Shown one piece after another: positions 12,030-25,736 of a stretch of 64,000 nt of DNA. Origin of the DNA: Macrostomum lignano (lineage: Eukaryota); NCBI GenBank assembly GCA_002269645.1, contig NIVC01000753.1:124001-188000 (forward strand), in the 5' to 3' direction. Position 1 is the first letter of the stretch, and the number at the start of each line of letters is the position of its first letter. The position numbers and the translations under genes are program-made. The notes under the pieces were generated by a model, which was not told where the DNA came from, searched no databases, and was given only the letters and a program-made list of their open reading frames with translations.

Positions 12030-12464
12030 CTGACATGAAATAAATTATATCCAAATCTATTTATGGACTCCGGCGGAGGGGGTTGGGGAAATTGGCGGGC
12101 AAATGGGGAGGTGGGGTGAGGTTCAGCGCTGCCAGTTTGTCAGTATCAAGGGGGGACTCCACTCAGCACAGTAAGCACAGTCATGCCTTAGCTTTTGCTG
12201 CGCCAAGGATCCTTGGGGCTAGAATTTGGAGTGCAGTTAGTATTGTCTAACTACATACATTGAATATTAGTGATACAGATGTGTGTTTTCATTCCTAACT
12301 TTGAAAGATTTAAATTTTTTCTTCGGTGTCACACTCACTCAACAGACCAGCTTTAAAATGGCATCAATCAAACAGTGATTTTGATACGTAGTTTAATGAT
12401 GAAATGAAAATAAATGCTTGCGAGAGATCTGAGGCGTCATCGTGACCACAACCAGCTCTGATTC

Positions 12465-12620
12465 CCCTGACTCCTGAGCCGATGCAAGCACCCCAATACT
12501 ATACTCAGACACGCACTCATACACACGCTCACACAGGGTGCACAGCGGTCCTGACTGTAATCAAACCAGAGAGGGTCGTGGCGCAAGACAGAGTCAGACG
12601 CCCGGCCGCTGAGCTGCTTG
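12465..12620 (-). mobile_element. tRNA-derived SINE, internally deleted copy
   Basis: Reverse complement reads agcagctcagcggcc...gtcaggaccgctgtgcaccctgtgtgagcgtgtgtatgagtgcg...gctcaggagtc, matching the 18400 and 57606 copies. Confidence 0.75.
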
Positions 12621-13424
12621 GTCTGTTTGGATTGGAAATCCAAATCCAGATTGCAGCTCTATGAGTGTGCGCTGCGCTGCCACGCTGCTATGACGCACCC
12701 AGCGTCGCCAGCGAATCGCGTCGCTTCCTGAACCCTGTCCCGCATGACGGCAGGGGTCTTTATTCCTGTATTTTTTGAGAGGCCGTTCAAAATATGCGCC
12801 TCTCTTCCCATGTGTCTGCATCCCGCATCTGCTGCCCTCATATTCACTTACACTTCTCTTTCAACTGCAGCCATCCCCATCGATGCTTTCTCTCCGGTTT
12901 CTGGGGGAACTGACTCACTTCAACAGTCGCACCGACTCACCTAGAGTTATCCCCCATCCATCCTTTTCCCTACACAGTAAAAACACTGCCGCGATTCTGC
13001 AGATGACGGCTGGGGGATTTGAGACTGGTTTGAGGCTGTTGGTTAGGGGGAGGGGATTGTTGGTGAGTCAAAGTCGGCGGACAAAGACCACCAGCCGATC
13101 TGTAGCTGCTGTTCTAAGAAAACCGCTAACCTAGAAAGTGTGTCAAGTGCAACCTGCTTCTGGTTCAGATATACAATTCTGCGCCCCATCATCTGACCCC
13201 ATTGAGTAATTACCGGTGCAGATCACACACATGGCATGGAGCAACTGTTCAAGTGGCTCTGCAAGGCCTACCTTGAGTGTTTCTTTTGAGAAATATCACA
13301 TCCATCCAGCCACTTGAACACTGAGCCGAGGTAATTGACAGGGGAAGCACCCGGCCACTTCGATAATCCACTTTTTACAGGTCAGAGAATATTGTAATAA
13401 CGGTGACATTCACACCAATTTCAG

Positions 13425-14008
13425 TGCCCTTTCACCCAACTGCAATGCCCTCTCACCCAACTGCAGTGCCCTCTCACCCAACTCCAGTACCCTCTCACCC
13501 AATTCCAGTGTCCTCTCACCCAACTGCAGTGCCCCCTCACCCAATTCCAGTGCCCTCTCACCCAACTCCAGTGCCCTCTCACCCAACTGCAGTGCCTTTT
13601 CACCCAACTCCAGTGCCCTCTCACCCAACTCCAGTGCCCTCTCACCCAACTGCAGTGCCCTCTCACCCAACTGCAGTGCCCTCTCACCCAACTCCAGTGC
13701 CCTCTCACCCAACTGCAGTGCCCTCTCACCCAACTCCAGTGCCCTCTCACCCAATTCCAGTGTCCTCTCACCCAACTCCAGTACCCTCTCACCCAATTCC
13801 AGTGTCCTCTCACCCAACTGCAGTGCCCCCTCACCCAATTCCAGTGCCCTCTCACCCAACTCCAGTGCCCTCTCACCCAACTGCAGTGCCCCCTCACCCA
13901 ATTCCAGTGCCCTCTCACCCAACTGCAGTGCCCCCTCACCCAATTCCAGTGCCCTCTCACCCAACTCCAGTGCCCTCTCACCCAACTGCAGTGCCTTTTC
14001 ACCCAACT
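13425..14008. repeat. 21-bp minisatellite (cagtgccctctcacccaactg/c)n, ~28 copies
   Basis: Direct tandem units; begins right after a minus-strand GTGAGT donor near 14012. Confidence 0.97.
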
Positions 14009-14012
14009 CACA

Positions 14013-14248
14013 TTGAATCGGCAGCAGACCGGAGGCTGCATAAAAAATTCTGCCGGTCGAACCGGAAACTGTCCGAACGAAAATCCGAAAGTCGAGGTCG
14101 AGGTCGAAGCCGCGGAGCGCCTGCAGCGCTGTCGCATTCTAGCGAGACGATTCGGCAGTCGCAGCGGTGGCAGCAGAGGCGGCGGCGGAGGTGGAGGCAT
14201 CTCGGAACAGTCGGCAAAATACGGCAACACAGACGATTGAAAGTACAT
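14013..14248 (-). CDS. Candidate exon (Pro-rich), possibly an upstream exon of the His-Cys-box gene
   Basis: GC-rich open frames ending at a strong AAT|GTGAGT donor; reading frame and partner exon unresolved. Confidence 0.3.
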
Positions 14249-14512
14249 CGGGAATCACAGAGAATTTCACAGAGTCGCTACGATTTGTTGTTGCGATGCA
14301 ACACCAGACAAATAACACAGAATTTTGATCGTAGAAAAAATAATGATTTCTGAATTCATTGCTTTAGTGCAGGTAGGTAGCAACAGAGCGGTGCATCATT
14401 GGGCGAGAGAAGTTTGTTGCCTTGGTAACTGCGGGCGGGAGCCTGGAACCAATGGCGATTGCTGCCGAACTCAACCAGCCAATGATGAGGCTGCCGATCG
14501 GCAACTGCCTTC

Positions 14513-15794
<1,282 letters not shown>

Positions 15795-15947
15795 TGAGTT
15801 GATTCAAAATCAGCTGTCTATGGTAGAACTTTTTTATTTTTAGCAGACGCGCATCTTTCACGCAACCCAAGTCCGTGAGATCCCAGCAGCACCACGCCAG
15901 TAAGCAGCCACTCAATTCGATCGGAAGGATTTGAACCAGCCAGCAAG

Positions 15948-17015
15948 ATGCAGCAGCTGCCTCCACCCAAGGGGGAGGGTTTTCCTGGTTTTTTCTTCGC
16001 CTTCAGAGAGCACATGGACACCATCGAGCCGGAGCTTTGCCAGCTATTCGACAACATCTTCCTCAACAGAGAGTACTACGAAAATGTGGACTTGTCAATC
16101 GACGGGCACTACTGCATGCTGCGCCGCAAGTACATGAACACGCACCGGCGGCTGTACCTCAGCACCGGGCAGGGCAGCGAAGACATCAACCTGTTCAAAG
16201 GTGTCTTCATTAAGACGCTCGAGGATGGCATCATGCTCAGATTGATGATGCTGGAGATGCTGGAGTCAAATGGACTGCCGAGGAAGCTGATTGAGGCTAA
16301 GTGGGTGAACTGGAATTGATGAGAGCCAATTCTGAGTTATTTTAACTAGTCTGCAATCTACTTACAGGTAGTTCACAGCACTCCATCTGCTTACAGATGG
16401 CTCACAGCACTCCATCTGCTTACAGATAGCTCACAGCACTCCATCTGCTTACAGGTAGCTTACAGCACTCCATCTGCTTACAGATAGCTCACAGCACTCC
16501 ATCTGCTTACAGATAGCTCACAGCACTCCATCTGCTTACAGGTATCTCACAGCACTCCATCTGCTTACAAGCTCGGGCTGTGCCCAAGCCCACTGTGAAA
16601 TAACCAACCAACCTGAAACCTGCACCGCAACGTACTCCATGCCAGGATTCGCAAGTACGTTCTAGACACGCACAACCCGCGGCACAGGGGGCTGCGCGCA
16701 GTCTACTGGTACATTCACGAGGTGTGCATCAGCCGCTGGCCGGAGTCGCTGCACGGCATGTGGGCTGCCGACTGCCTGCTGTTCGGCGAGATGCGCTGCT
16801 GCAGTCCGAACATGGTAGGCATGCACGCTCTGGTGCTGGGAGTGATGATGGGCGTCAAACAGCTGCACATGTACTTCCCCGTCGAGTTGAGACGACACGA
16901 GACGTTTACTAATCCGCATTTTGGCAACTACTTTGACTTTATTGGCTTGCAGAAGCCGGCTGTTATACCCTATACTCCCAAGGATGTGCCCTACAGAGCT
17001 GGCGATCCACTGTAA
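15948..17015 (+). CDS. Orphan ~240-aa protein, two exons (15948-16300, 16646-17015)
   Basis: Phase-2 donor GCT AA|GTGGGT at 16300 fits acceptor ctccatgccag|G at 16645, giving ...LIEAK-IRKYVLDTHNP...; high-complexity sequence with coding-like codon use; no family recognised. Confidence 0.6.
16365..16570. repeat. 29-bp minisatellite, ~7 copies, intronic
   Basis: gctcacagcactccatctgcttacagata units. Confidence 0.95.
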
Positions 17016-17339
17016 CCAAAGGTACATTAACTAGTACTGACAGTAGTGCTTTTAGTTGAAGCACATTTACACTAAATCAGTCAGATGCTATCCATGCATA
17101 GACAACGCGAAGTTTTATTGGATGTTAATTTCTGCAAAATTTATTTTGTGCCACACTACTTACTACAGAAGGAGTTCAGTAGGTGGTGCGCAAAAAAGTA
17201 TCATTTTTGGATCTATAGACTCTCAGAAATTAAAATATTAGAAACAGCGTGAGAGTGCGTGGTCGCATCACAAATTCAATCGGTTTGAGTGTACTTATTG
17301 TTCCTGCATTCAATTAATTCAGTACATCCAGTTCAGTGG

Positions 17340-17510
17340 TATCAAGTGATAGAATCACGTGACACGTTTGATATCAGTGCAGGAACAATGTACATTGGTC
17401 AGCGCAGCTGATAATGTACATGGCAGCTTAAACCCCTCCCTCCAGGACGCGAGCGATGGGGGGTGGGGCAGAGAAAGCAGACACAGGCGCACAGTTAGCA
17501 GGGAATGGCC
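17340..17510. mobile_element. Dispersed repeat fragment; inverted homolog of 61960-62170
   Basis: gatagaatcacgtgac...aatgtacattggtca...ataatgtacatggcagcttaaacccc matches the reverse complement of 62060-62165. Confidence 0.65.
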
Positions 17511-18319
17511 CAAATCGATGATAAACAGATAAGTGAGCCAACATACTAGTTTGGGAGAAAGGAGAGAATATCACTACCGAAAGAAAAGCAGCTTAAATAG
17601 CGCATGATCTTACCCATCTGGGTATTTATTTCGATTTTAAGGTAAATGTATTATGGTACTACTGTTAGTAAACGTGGCTTGAATAAAAAATAAACTAAAT
17701 TACTACGCTCATAACTAATTGCTCGTATTAACAGTCTTTGTTACAGTGCATATTGTCAACAGTGCAGATAGGAACATTGTTTAACAACCTGTGCTTTAAA
17801 ATATGATTAAAATAGTAATTTTACAGAATCTTTTTCCTGGGCGATAGATAGATAAAAATCGTTTGGGCTTTTTATTATAATGTTATACAAATTGCACGTG
17901 CATGTAAAATTACCTTATATTACCAGGGGTATTATTACACGAATTACATTCACAATTTTATCAACACTTAAAGTGTAAAATTAGTGCATTACAATTACAA
18001 TCAAGTTTCAATTATTTTGCAACATGCCCTTTGGAATCATCTGGCAACAAATAGTTCAAATTCATATTTGATTGTTGAGCACACCCCTAACTCCTCTAAA
18101 TCCCTTTGCATCTACCTCTAAGCACCAAAGTAAATCCCATCGCCACTACCTGTTTAGCTAGATCCGAAATCAGCCAAGGACAGGTGTGAATACAAGGGAC
18201 GGGAATCTTGCGATTCATGCTGAAAAGTTACATGCCGACTCAGTTCATTATACGTAAGGCGTGCTCATTTTCAGTAGATAGAGTAGATTCACAGCAGTTT
18301 TTCATCTACACTCCAACTC

Positions 18320-18910
18320 TGGCGCAATGACCCCTCGTTCGATTCCGTGGCAAGGTCATTTTAATTAATTTTTTAAAACTGAACCGGGGAAGTTGTCTTG
18401 CGATTCACACCCATGAGGGTCAGCTCAGAGAGTGTACATGCCTCATGCCTGACGATTGGAAAGCCAGGACCGCTGTACACTCTGTGTGAGCGTGTGTATG
18501 AGTGCGAGCCTGTGTACATTATTGGCGCGCTTGTATGTTCTCAGGGGTCAGCGAAACGGGCAGAATTGCCTCAGAGCTGGTTGTGGGACGATTTCACCGA
18601 AGTCATTGCGCCAGAGTGCCCGCAACTCTCCTGCGAATGGTTTATAAAGTTTACACAACCCAATCCCGGTGGCCATAGCCAGGTGGTCTAGCGCGGCGCT
18701 CTCATGTGCCAGCGGCCCAGGCTCGATTCCAAATGCAGTCACATTAATTTTGAGCTAGATTGAAATCTCAGCTTGGGTCTGCTGGTGCAATTAATGCCCT
18801 TGAGGACCAATTCCCAAAGTGTGTGTCTGTGCGTATGACTGCGTGCGTATCCACGCGCTTGTGTGCCTGCTCAGGGGAGTCTTCGGAATGGGCAGTAATG
18901 CCTCTCGACG
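18320..18910 (+). mobile_element. Cluster of tRNA-derived SINE pieces (body 18400-18660; tRNA-like head 18668-18735; 3' fragment 18810-18910)
   Basis: B-box-like gttcgattcc (18340) and ggctcgattcc (18720); body homologous to 57606-57965. Confidence 0.75.
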
Positions 18911-19120
18911 GTTGTGTATATGTACGCCTGTCGTACACTCCTCCTAATCCCGGACAGTTTTGGTTGGTTGGTGATTTGTAGTGAAAAAACACCAGCCCAA
19001 GTGTCAATGGCTATGGTGTAAATCGGTGTCACTCTCCGGAGTATCAAGTCGGGGGGTGTTGCTGTCTCATCCTTGTGTTTCTGGTGCTCAACCTTTACCT
19101 TTAAACATTGCAAGATGATA

Positions 19121-19364
19121 CACTCAGCAACATGCTAAAGTTTCCACCCCAAAACCAGTGGTCACCTTTCCTCAGATCTCAGCCCCAAGTGACGCAATTC
19201 ACACCACGTCCGCGGGCTCGTTTGGGCTGATTTCTCAATCAAGCCGATAGGAAGAAAAATAAACTGATATCAGTGTATTGTCAATGATAATATGTCAATG
19301 TCAATCAATAATTCATCAGTTGACCACTGGCTTCGGCGTGGAAACTTTAACATGTTGCTGAGTG
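19121..19364. mobile_element. TA-flanked MITE (Tc1/mariner-type), 244 bp
   Basis: ~44-bp TIRs cactcagcaacatgctaaagtttccac... / ...gtggaaactttaacatgttgctgagtg; TA on both sides. Confidence 0.85.
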
Positions 19365-19545
19365 TATATTGAATCTAAAAAGTGCTCACTTACTCTGAGT
19401 AATTGCGTATTGGAATGTTTATAAACAGTTTATAGACAGACAGACAGAGACAGCTCAGATTTAGATATATAGATTTTGCCAAAGCGCATTCGATCTCAAT
19501 AGACAAGCTGCGGTCACCGGCTGAGCTCAGTCATCAGTCAGCCAG

Positions 19546-21054
19546 TCAGGATGGATCGTCGGCGATGCTGCTGAACTGCGAATGCGTCGGCGACGGCACT
19601 GGATTGTTGAGCATGGCGGTGAACTCGGCGTAGTCAACCTGGCCGTCCCGTTGACGTCGACCTCCTTGAGCATCTCTTCAACGTCGTTGTCGTCGCACTC
19701 GTGCCCGAGTCCCATGAGCACGTGCTTGAGCTCGGAAGCCGATATGAAACCGTTCTTGTCCTTGTCGAATACCCGAAACGTGGCCATCAGTTCGTCCTCC
19801 TCGCCGACGTTGTCGGACTCGTCGGTTGGCGAGTCGGCGGCCAGCCGCTTCTCGGACTTCATCAGCTCGATGAACTCCTCCAGCTCGATGGTGCCGTTGC
19901 CGTCTTTGTCGATGCGGTGCAGCATCTCCTTTTTGTTGGGGGTTCAGGATTAATTGACGAAATTTTTTTTCAATGCTCAAATTCCTGTTGTCGCGCCACT
20001 TTCATGAGGGCCAACCCACAAGGCACAGAGGGTGTACATGCCTTACGATTAGACAGACTTGAATGTGCTCAGGAGTCAGCCGAATGGGCAGAATTGCCTC
20101 AGTGCTGGCTGTGGGACGATGTCGCTCGTTGAAGGCGTTGCTCTAGGATGCCCAAAGCCCTCTCATGCGAATATGATCATTATCATTGCATCTGATGCTA
20201 TTCTGCATTTGTTCTACAGTTGTCTTAAGTCGTCCTTGATTGGAACGTAGATCTTAGCAGCTATACTCTACGAGACAGATAAGCCACTGTTACAGCAATC
20301 GGCTGAATTTAAACGTTGAATTTTAGAGCAACTGCAACTTTACGCACTGATTCTACATGCATGGTCGCTCATCTAGAGAATAAAGAATCTGCTGATTTGG
20401 AAGTTTCAGCCAATCAGGGACTAGCTGGTGTTGGTGTGAGGTGGGGCACGGTGAGATAGATATAGCAGCCAATCAGCGACTGACACTGGGAGTGAGGGGG
20501 TGTGATCAATAATCCGCTATGGAGTGATGGGGTGGCAAGGATGAACCGAGAAAGCCATAGTTCCCTGATTGGATTTTTAATGATGTACGATCGTATCGAA
20601 GTGGCGGATGCTCTCACCTTCAACTGGCCTGCACTAGGCGATTGTCCGATGCAACGCAGCACGATGCCCAGCTCCTCTGTTGTGATGCAGCCATCGCCTA
20701 AGATCAGTGAGAAGATCACAAAGTTTAGATTGGTACTCCATCATGGATAAATAAATTAGAATATGCAAAATGCATTAGCAGGAAGTTTCCAGTTTTGTAG
20801 CACTAAAATGGCAACGTCTCAACTTCTGAACTTTGCATTGCTAATGAAGCAAGTATGCGTTCTGTTCGAGGTTGGGGCTCGCTAGTGCAGTTCCATTCTC
20901 AAGTCAACCAAACCTACTATGGCTCGTATGTGTACTCACCGTCCTTATCAAACAGTTGGAACGTCTCGTGCAGCATCTGCAGTTCGGACGCGGACACCAG
21001 GGTGTTGTCATCGCCGACTTCCGCGTCGGAATCGCCAGTTGACGAGGTTGCCAT
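19546..21054 (-). CDS. Calmodulin-like four-EF-hand protein; exons 21054-20940, 20697-20618, 19928-19546; 1-bp frameshift in EF-hand 4
   Basis: EF loops DKDGDGCITTEE, DKDGNGTIELEE, DKDKNGFISASE and DVNG/DGQVDYAE; GT-AG junctions are phase-consistent (1, 0). Confidence 0.9.
19990..20171 (+). mobile_element. SINE fragment in intron 2 of the calmodulin-like gene
   Basis: gagggccaacccacaaggcacagagggtgtacatgcc...gctcaggagtcagccgaatgggcagaattgcc matches the other copies. Confidence 0.75.
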
Positions 21055-24000
21055 GGAGACACACCGGTCAGCTAAGTAGAACCGCCAAACAGGGTTAGAA
21101 CCCCACACTCGGCTGCGAATGCAGTCCCCGGCAAAACTGCTCCTAGACCTGCTGAACTGGCCTCAAGTCCTCTTCCATTTGGAGCCGGCAAAAGGCGAGA
21201 GAGACTCATGCAGGACAAGAGCCAATCAAGGACAGCTTCTGTGCGCAAGCTCTCCGCTATAAACGGGTCGTTAATTACTGCAGTTGCGCTTCGCACTCTC
21301 TGCCTCTGTCTCTCCCTCTCTCTCTTAGACACCTGTCTGAGCATTTTTATGTCGTCATCAGTAGCAATTTTTTGCCGCGAACGATGCGGCACAAAAGACA
21401 GTGGCAACTGCTATTAGTTTCTGTGCACGCATTTCAAACAGGGCAGCCGCCCAATTACCCGTTTGATTGAGACGCCACTTCGAAGGAGTCCGGGATAGGT
21501 GGAGATGAAGCAGCGATGGCATCCCAATCTTGTGGAAAAGTAAAGCCAAGCTTTGTGCCGCAGTGTACTTTACCCTCATAAGCTCCCTCCCAACTTCCTG
21601 GTGCCTCGCGAAGGTAATTAAAGTAGGCTTGGGCGAAGCACAGTTAGCTACTTTCTCTCCTGGGAGTAGCAAGGGGTAATGGTGATCCTGCGTGTTTTTC
21701 CATACTACTTTTGCATCTTGGTTGTCAGCGTCAGCAAAGCTTTTCTGTAACGACTGTACTACTGAGAATAACATGCATGCAATTTTTTAGTAGCACCAGG
21801 GACCTCTGCGATACATCACGCTCGTACCATGGATACTTCGTAGATAGATAACCGAATCACTTAAGCTAAGTTTCTCGTTCCTTCTATTCCCGCACTAATT
21901 CTGGTGAAAGTAAACTACCCTTACACCACAAAAGCTTGTATAATGGTCCGCTCATTTTTCGAGAATGGGCTTGTCTATGATGGCCACAATTAAGTATCAC
22001 TGGACCATTATCTAGAAAATGAGTTTGCCATAATCTTCCATTATATAGATAATGGGCTGGTTGACATATATGCACTGACCGTAAGAAACGTAAAACAACA
22101 GTTTCTTCACGAAGGTGAACATCTCACCGACAGTCAATCTCCACCTTGTCAACCGAGCGTTTGCTTTTTTCTCGGCAGTTGGTACAGTATCTTGACCTGT
22201 CGATTCAAGAAGTTCAACACGAACGTCAATCTTTTGAAAGCGGGAGACAACTTTGCCTTGCGAAGCATTGGATGCATTGGATTCTATCTATTTCAGCTTG
22301 TTCAAGGCCAGAGTCTCGCAAGGCTGTTGCACATGTTTTTTTGGCGTCTGGTTAATGTAGCGTCAACCAATAGGTGTCGGCAGTCCAGCAGTCAGACTCC
22401 AAGGACTGCTCAAGTAACATATATATAGAACGCTATACTCGAAATCTGTGGTAAATGTTTTGAAGGCAACTTTTCGCCGAAAAATACACTACAGCGATAG
22501 GAGTTTTTAATTTTTTCCAGCACAAAAATTGCTATTGCTTTTGATGGGAGGCAGATCCAGTGTTCATCTTTTGATATGTTGTGCCTTTCTTATTGCTCTG
22601 TCGGTATTCATGAAGCTTTTCGTTCAGAAATAGTTTTAAAGGCAGGTTTAACCGGAAAAGTACACTACGGAGATAGGAAATTTCACGATTTTCAACACTA
22701 AAGCAGTGATTGGGTCTCTTAACAGTGTCAGAGAAAGTTCTAATCACACTATTCTGTGCCTCAAATGCTGCTCTAACGACGCATTAATCGATTTTTCATG
22801 TTAAATTGGTCTTGTCATTATTTTAAACGTTTTTTGTAATAAGACCATAGATTTCGAGTGTTGCGTCCTTCTACTTAAGTTGTCCTTGTCAGACTCTTGA
22901 CTACTCGCCCAATCTCACCTCGTTATTGTCGATTTTGGCAGTCCATCGTCCAGATGCTGTTGTAGATCTTCAGCCGTCCGCATCTTACCAAACGGTCGTC
23001 GCTATTGGCTTTTGTCGCATCTTGACCTGACTCCATTTCCACTAAGAATTGGTCGAACGACAAATTAATTTCGTCTATATCGACGTATAGAATGAGTTAA
23101 AAAGTGGTTAAAGCCTGCTCAAGCTAGTTAGCTTTTGTGTGTCTTAAATGATTTTCCAATACTGTACGTTTGTCTATGGCATTTGAAATTTTGCTAATCG
23201 TCCTGCTCTTTGAAATCCATACAGTTTGGCGTGAGTGAGTTTACCTTAGAATAGCATTATAATGCGATGTCTAAGGCCAGAAAGTTAGAGCTCACCACAG
23301 AATGTGCATTAAAAAGCCATTATCTTTACATCATTGTGTAAGCCTAAAAATGTTTCACTATTCGCCAAATAATTGCGACGGACGCTTCGAACCAAGGCTG
23401 CTGTTGCAGACATCAAGTCTGCCAGACTGCAGCCCCGACAGACCTTCATCGAGCGGACATTTGCGTGCATTTCAAAAATGTCAGCTGAAATGTTTTCTTT
23501 TATTCGAGTGAAGGAATTTTCGCTTTTATATATACACACATGGATAGACATTTTACTGTGTATTGTGTCGCATTCGGACCTGCACACATTTTGCTGCCTA
23601 AAATCGCAAAAAATACTTTGCATCAGCAGTGTTTTAACAGAGAGATCAGGGTTTGGTTGTTGGCATGACCTGAAACAGAAATGATGATGGCAGGTAGGCA
23701 GGCAAGGTGCCACCAGGGAAAGACTGCATATCCTGCCACTTTGATCCTGGGCCTCTGTATCGTAACTTTGCAAAACACGAACGGGGACGATCAACAAAAT
23801 GCAGTACGGATCAGAAACAGAGCTTGGTGACATGGAATTCTCTGAATCCACCCTGTCTTTCTCTATCTCGCTATTTCGCTATAGATCGCTAATATAGAGC
23901 CAACACGAGGTATTTGTGCCAATCTGGGCTAAATGAAGTTTATTTGCACGAGAAACTCTTTACAGACGGCGCGGCAACCTCCCCGTAAATTAATGGTCAG

Positions 24001-25736
24001 GGTAAAGTCGTCGCTAGTTGGGTGCAATCTCGCAAATTCGGGTCAGAAAAAAGTTATTACGATGAATTACTAATACAGCGCTGTGTATTGACATGTGAAC
24101 ACTCGTAAAGAGCCTAGAGCGCTGGCACGGGCAGCTACCAGGCATGCACCCCGACCTTATTGACCCCAGTGTTTGTATTGCAGTAGCAGTCACTTCATCA
24201 ATATTGATTATTGATAATAAAGTCTTCGGCGCTTCTTCATTCACCCCAACCTGCCTGCTTTGTGTCCATTCCCAAATCTTAATCGGACCCGAAGCAGCCA
24301 GAAACACGCCGTGGACCACCGCGCCTTGAACTGCTCCTTTTACGGTGTCCAAACAGCACTCAGCCATAGTGGTTAACCTGGTTAATTAGTTTTTCAACGG
24401 AGGCTTCCTCACCCTGCCTGCCTGTGCGGCAACCAATATTTGCTGAATTGATTCGCGTCACCCTGACAGATGCGAGACGTTGAGCGTGTTGTTCTTTTGT
24501 TCGCTGAATGTTGGCGTTTGCTACCCTACAGAAGAATCTTTGTAAATTATTCTAACATTGTTAAATATTTGATTACCGTTCAAGAAATCTGCAAGATGAA
24601 ATCCTAAAATGATCCTTAAAAATTCACAGGTAGTGGGCAATTGGTTGCTTCTAGTCCAGACCTTTTTCGCACGCACGTTCGAATTTCATCCTCGAGCCCA
24701 TCAGCGCATTGAACTGGATCCCCGTCACACGTTTGGGCTCGATGTGTAGAGATTGTAGAGCGTTCCAACACAGAAGCTTTGGCCCGGAGGCCTCGAATTT
24801 GGGTCTTGACTTACTTTGACTTAGCTGACTTACTTTTACTTTGGCTAAGTGCATCCGGATGCAGCGAGGAGGCGTTGCAGCCCATTTTGCTAACCCCTGG
24901 CGACCACGGTGTCACTCAGGGAGATCCGGTGGTGCCGGTGTCCGCATCGCAGTACCCCTCCGAAGAATCCAGGAGGTGGATGGTCGCTAGTCCGGTAGCT
25001 CTTAGGTAGCGAACGAGCTGGCAGAGATTCTCGGGCCACCAATTTGGGTCATCTTCGAAGTACCTGGAGCACACCTTTAGTAGGTTTCTTGAGCGAACGC
25101 ATTACAGAGTCTCATTGGGCAGAATATAATAGAATTGCCCCAGAAGTTTCCAGCCTGCATCGCTTAAGGCGAGTCGGCTGCCCTTTTATCAACCTAGCGG
25201 AATAGTTTTGAGGCGAAACCGGCATTCAATGCATTGAATGCAAGTGACCACTTTTTACACTGAGTTGACATATCTAGGGTTTCTAAGATCTGTGGTTATG
25301 GCATCATAAAGTATCAGAGACAGCAAACAGAAAGCATCGCGAAAGTTGCTAGTAAGTATTCTATGGTACTTGGATAATTACGGAAATTTCGGAAGAGTCT
25401 TTGAAAATTTTTGCAAGATCTTGCAGGATCATCTCGAGGATGAATTAAGTATTGTTTATTATTATAATACGAGCGTAAGTGACCGTAAGGTTTTCGCACA
25501 AGGGGCATCATACCAGAGTAGCTTGAACACTCGTACGCACACATGCACACGAAAAATTAAATTCACTATCAATATTAAAATGGCATCATGATAGTTCCGG
25601 CAATACAGGTGTCAGTCATGCATTTATCGACGTTGAGTCGATTGACTCGCTGAGCAATCAGCGGCCACATCAATGAAGCAAACTAGAATATAAACTGCTA
25701 AATAGGCATGCGAATTCAATCTCTGCGACAATGAAC

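Noticed and set aside
18668-18735. Functional tRNA gene
   Set aside because: A- and B-box-like motifs are present, but no convincing acceptor stem or cloverleaf; it is adjacent to SINE pieces, so treated as a SINE head or pseudogene
21200-25600. Degenerate transposon or retroelement coding remnant (including KVCSRYFEDD as THAP and GCMPGSCPC as CxC)
   Set aside because: Frames are broken by many stops, the motifs lack key residues, and no TIR, LTR or TSD was found; cannot be supported without a search
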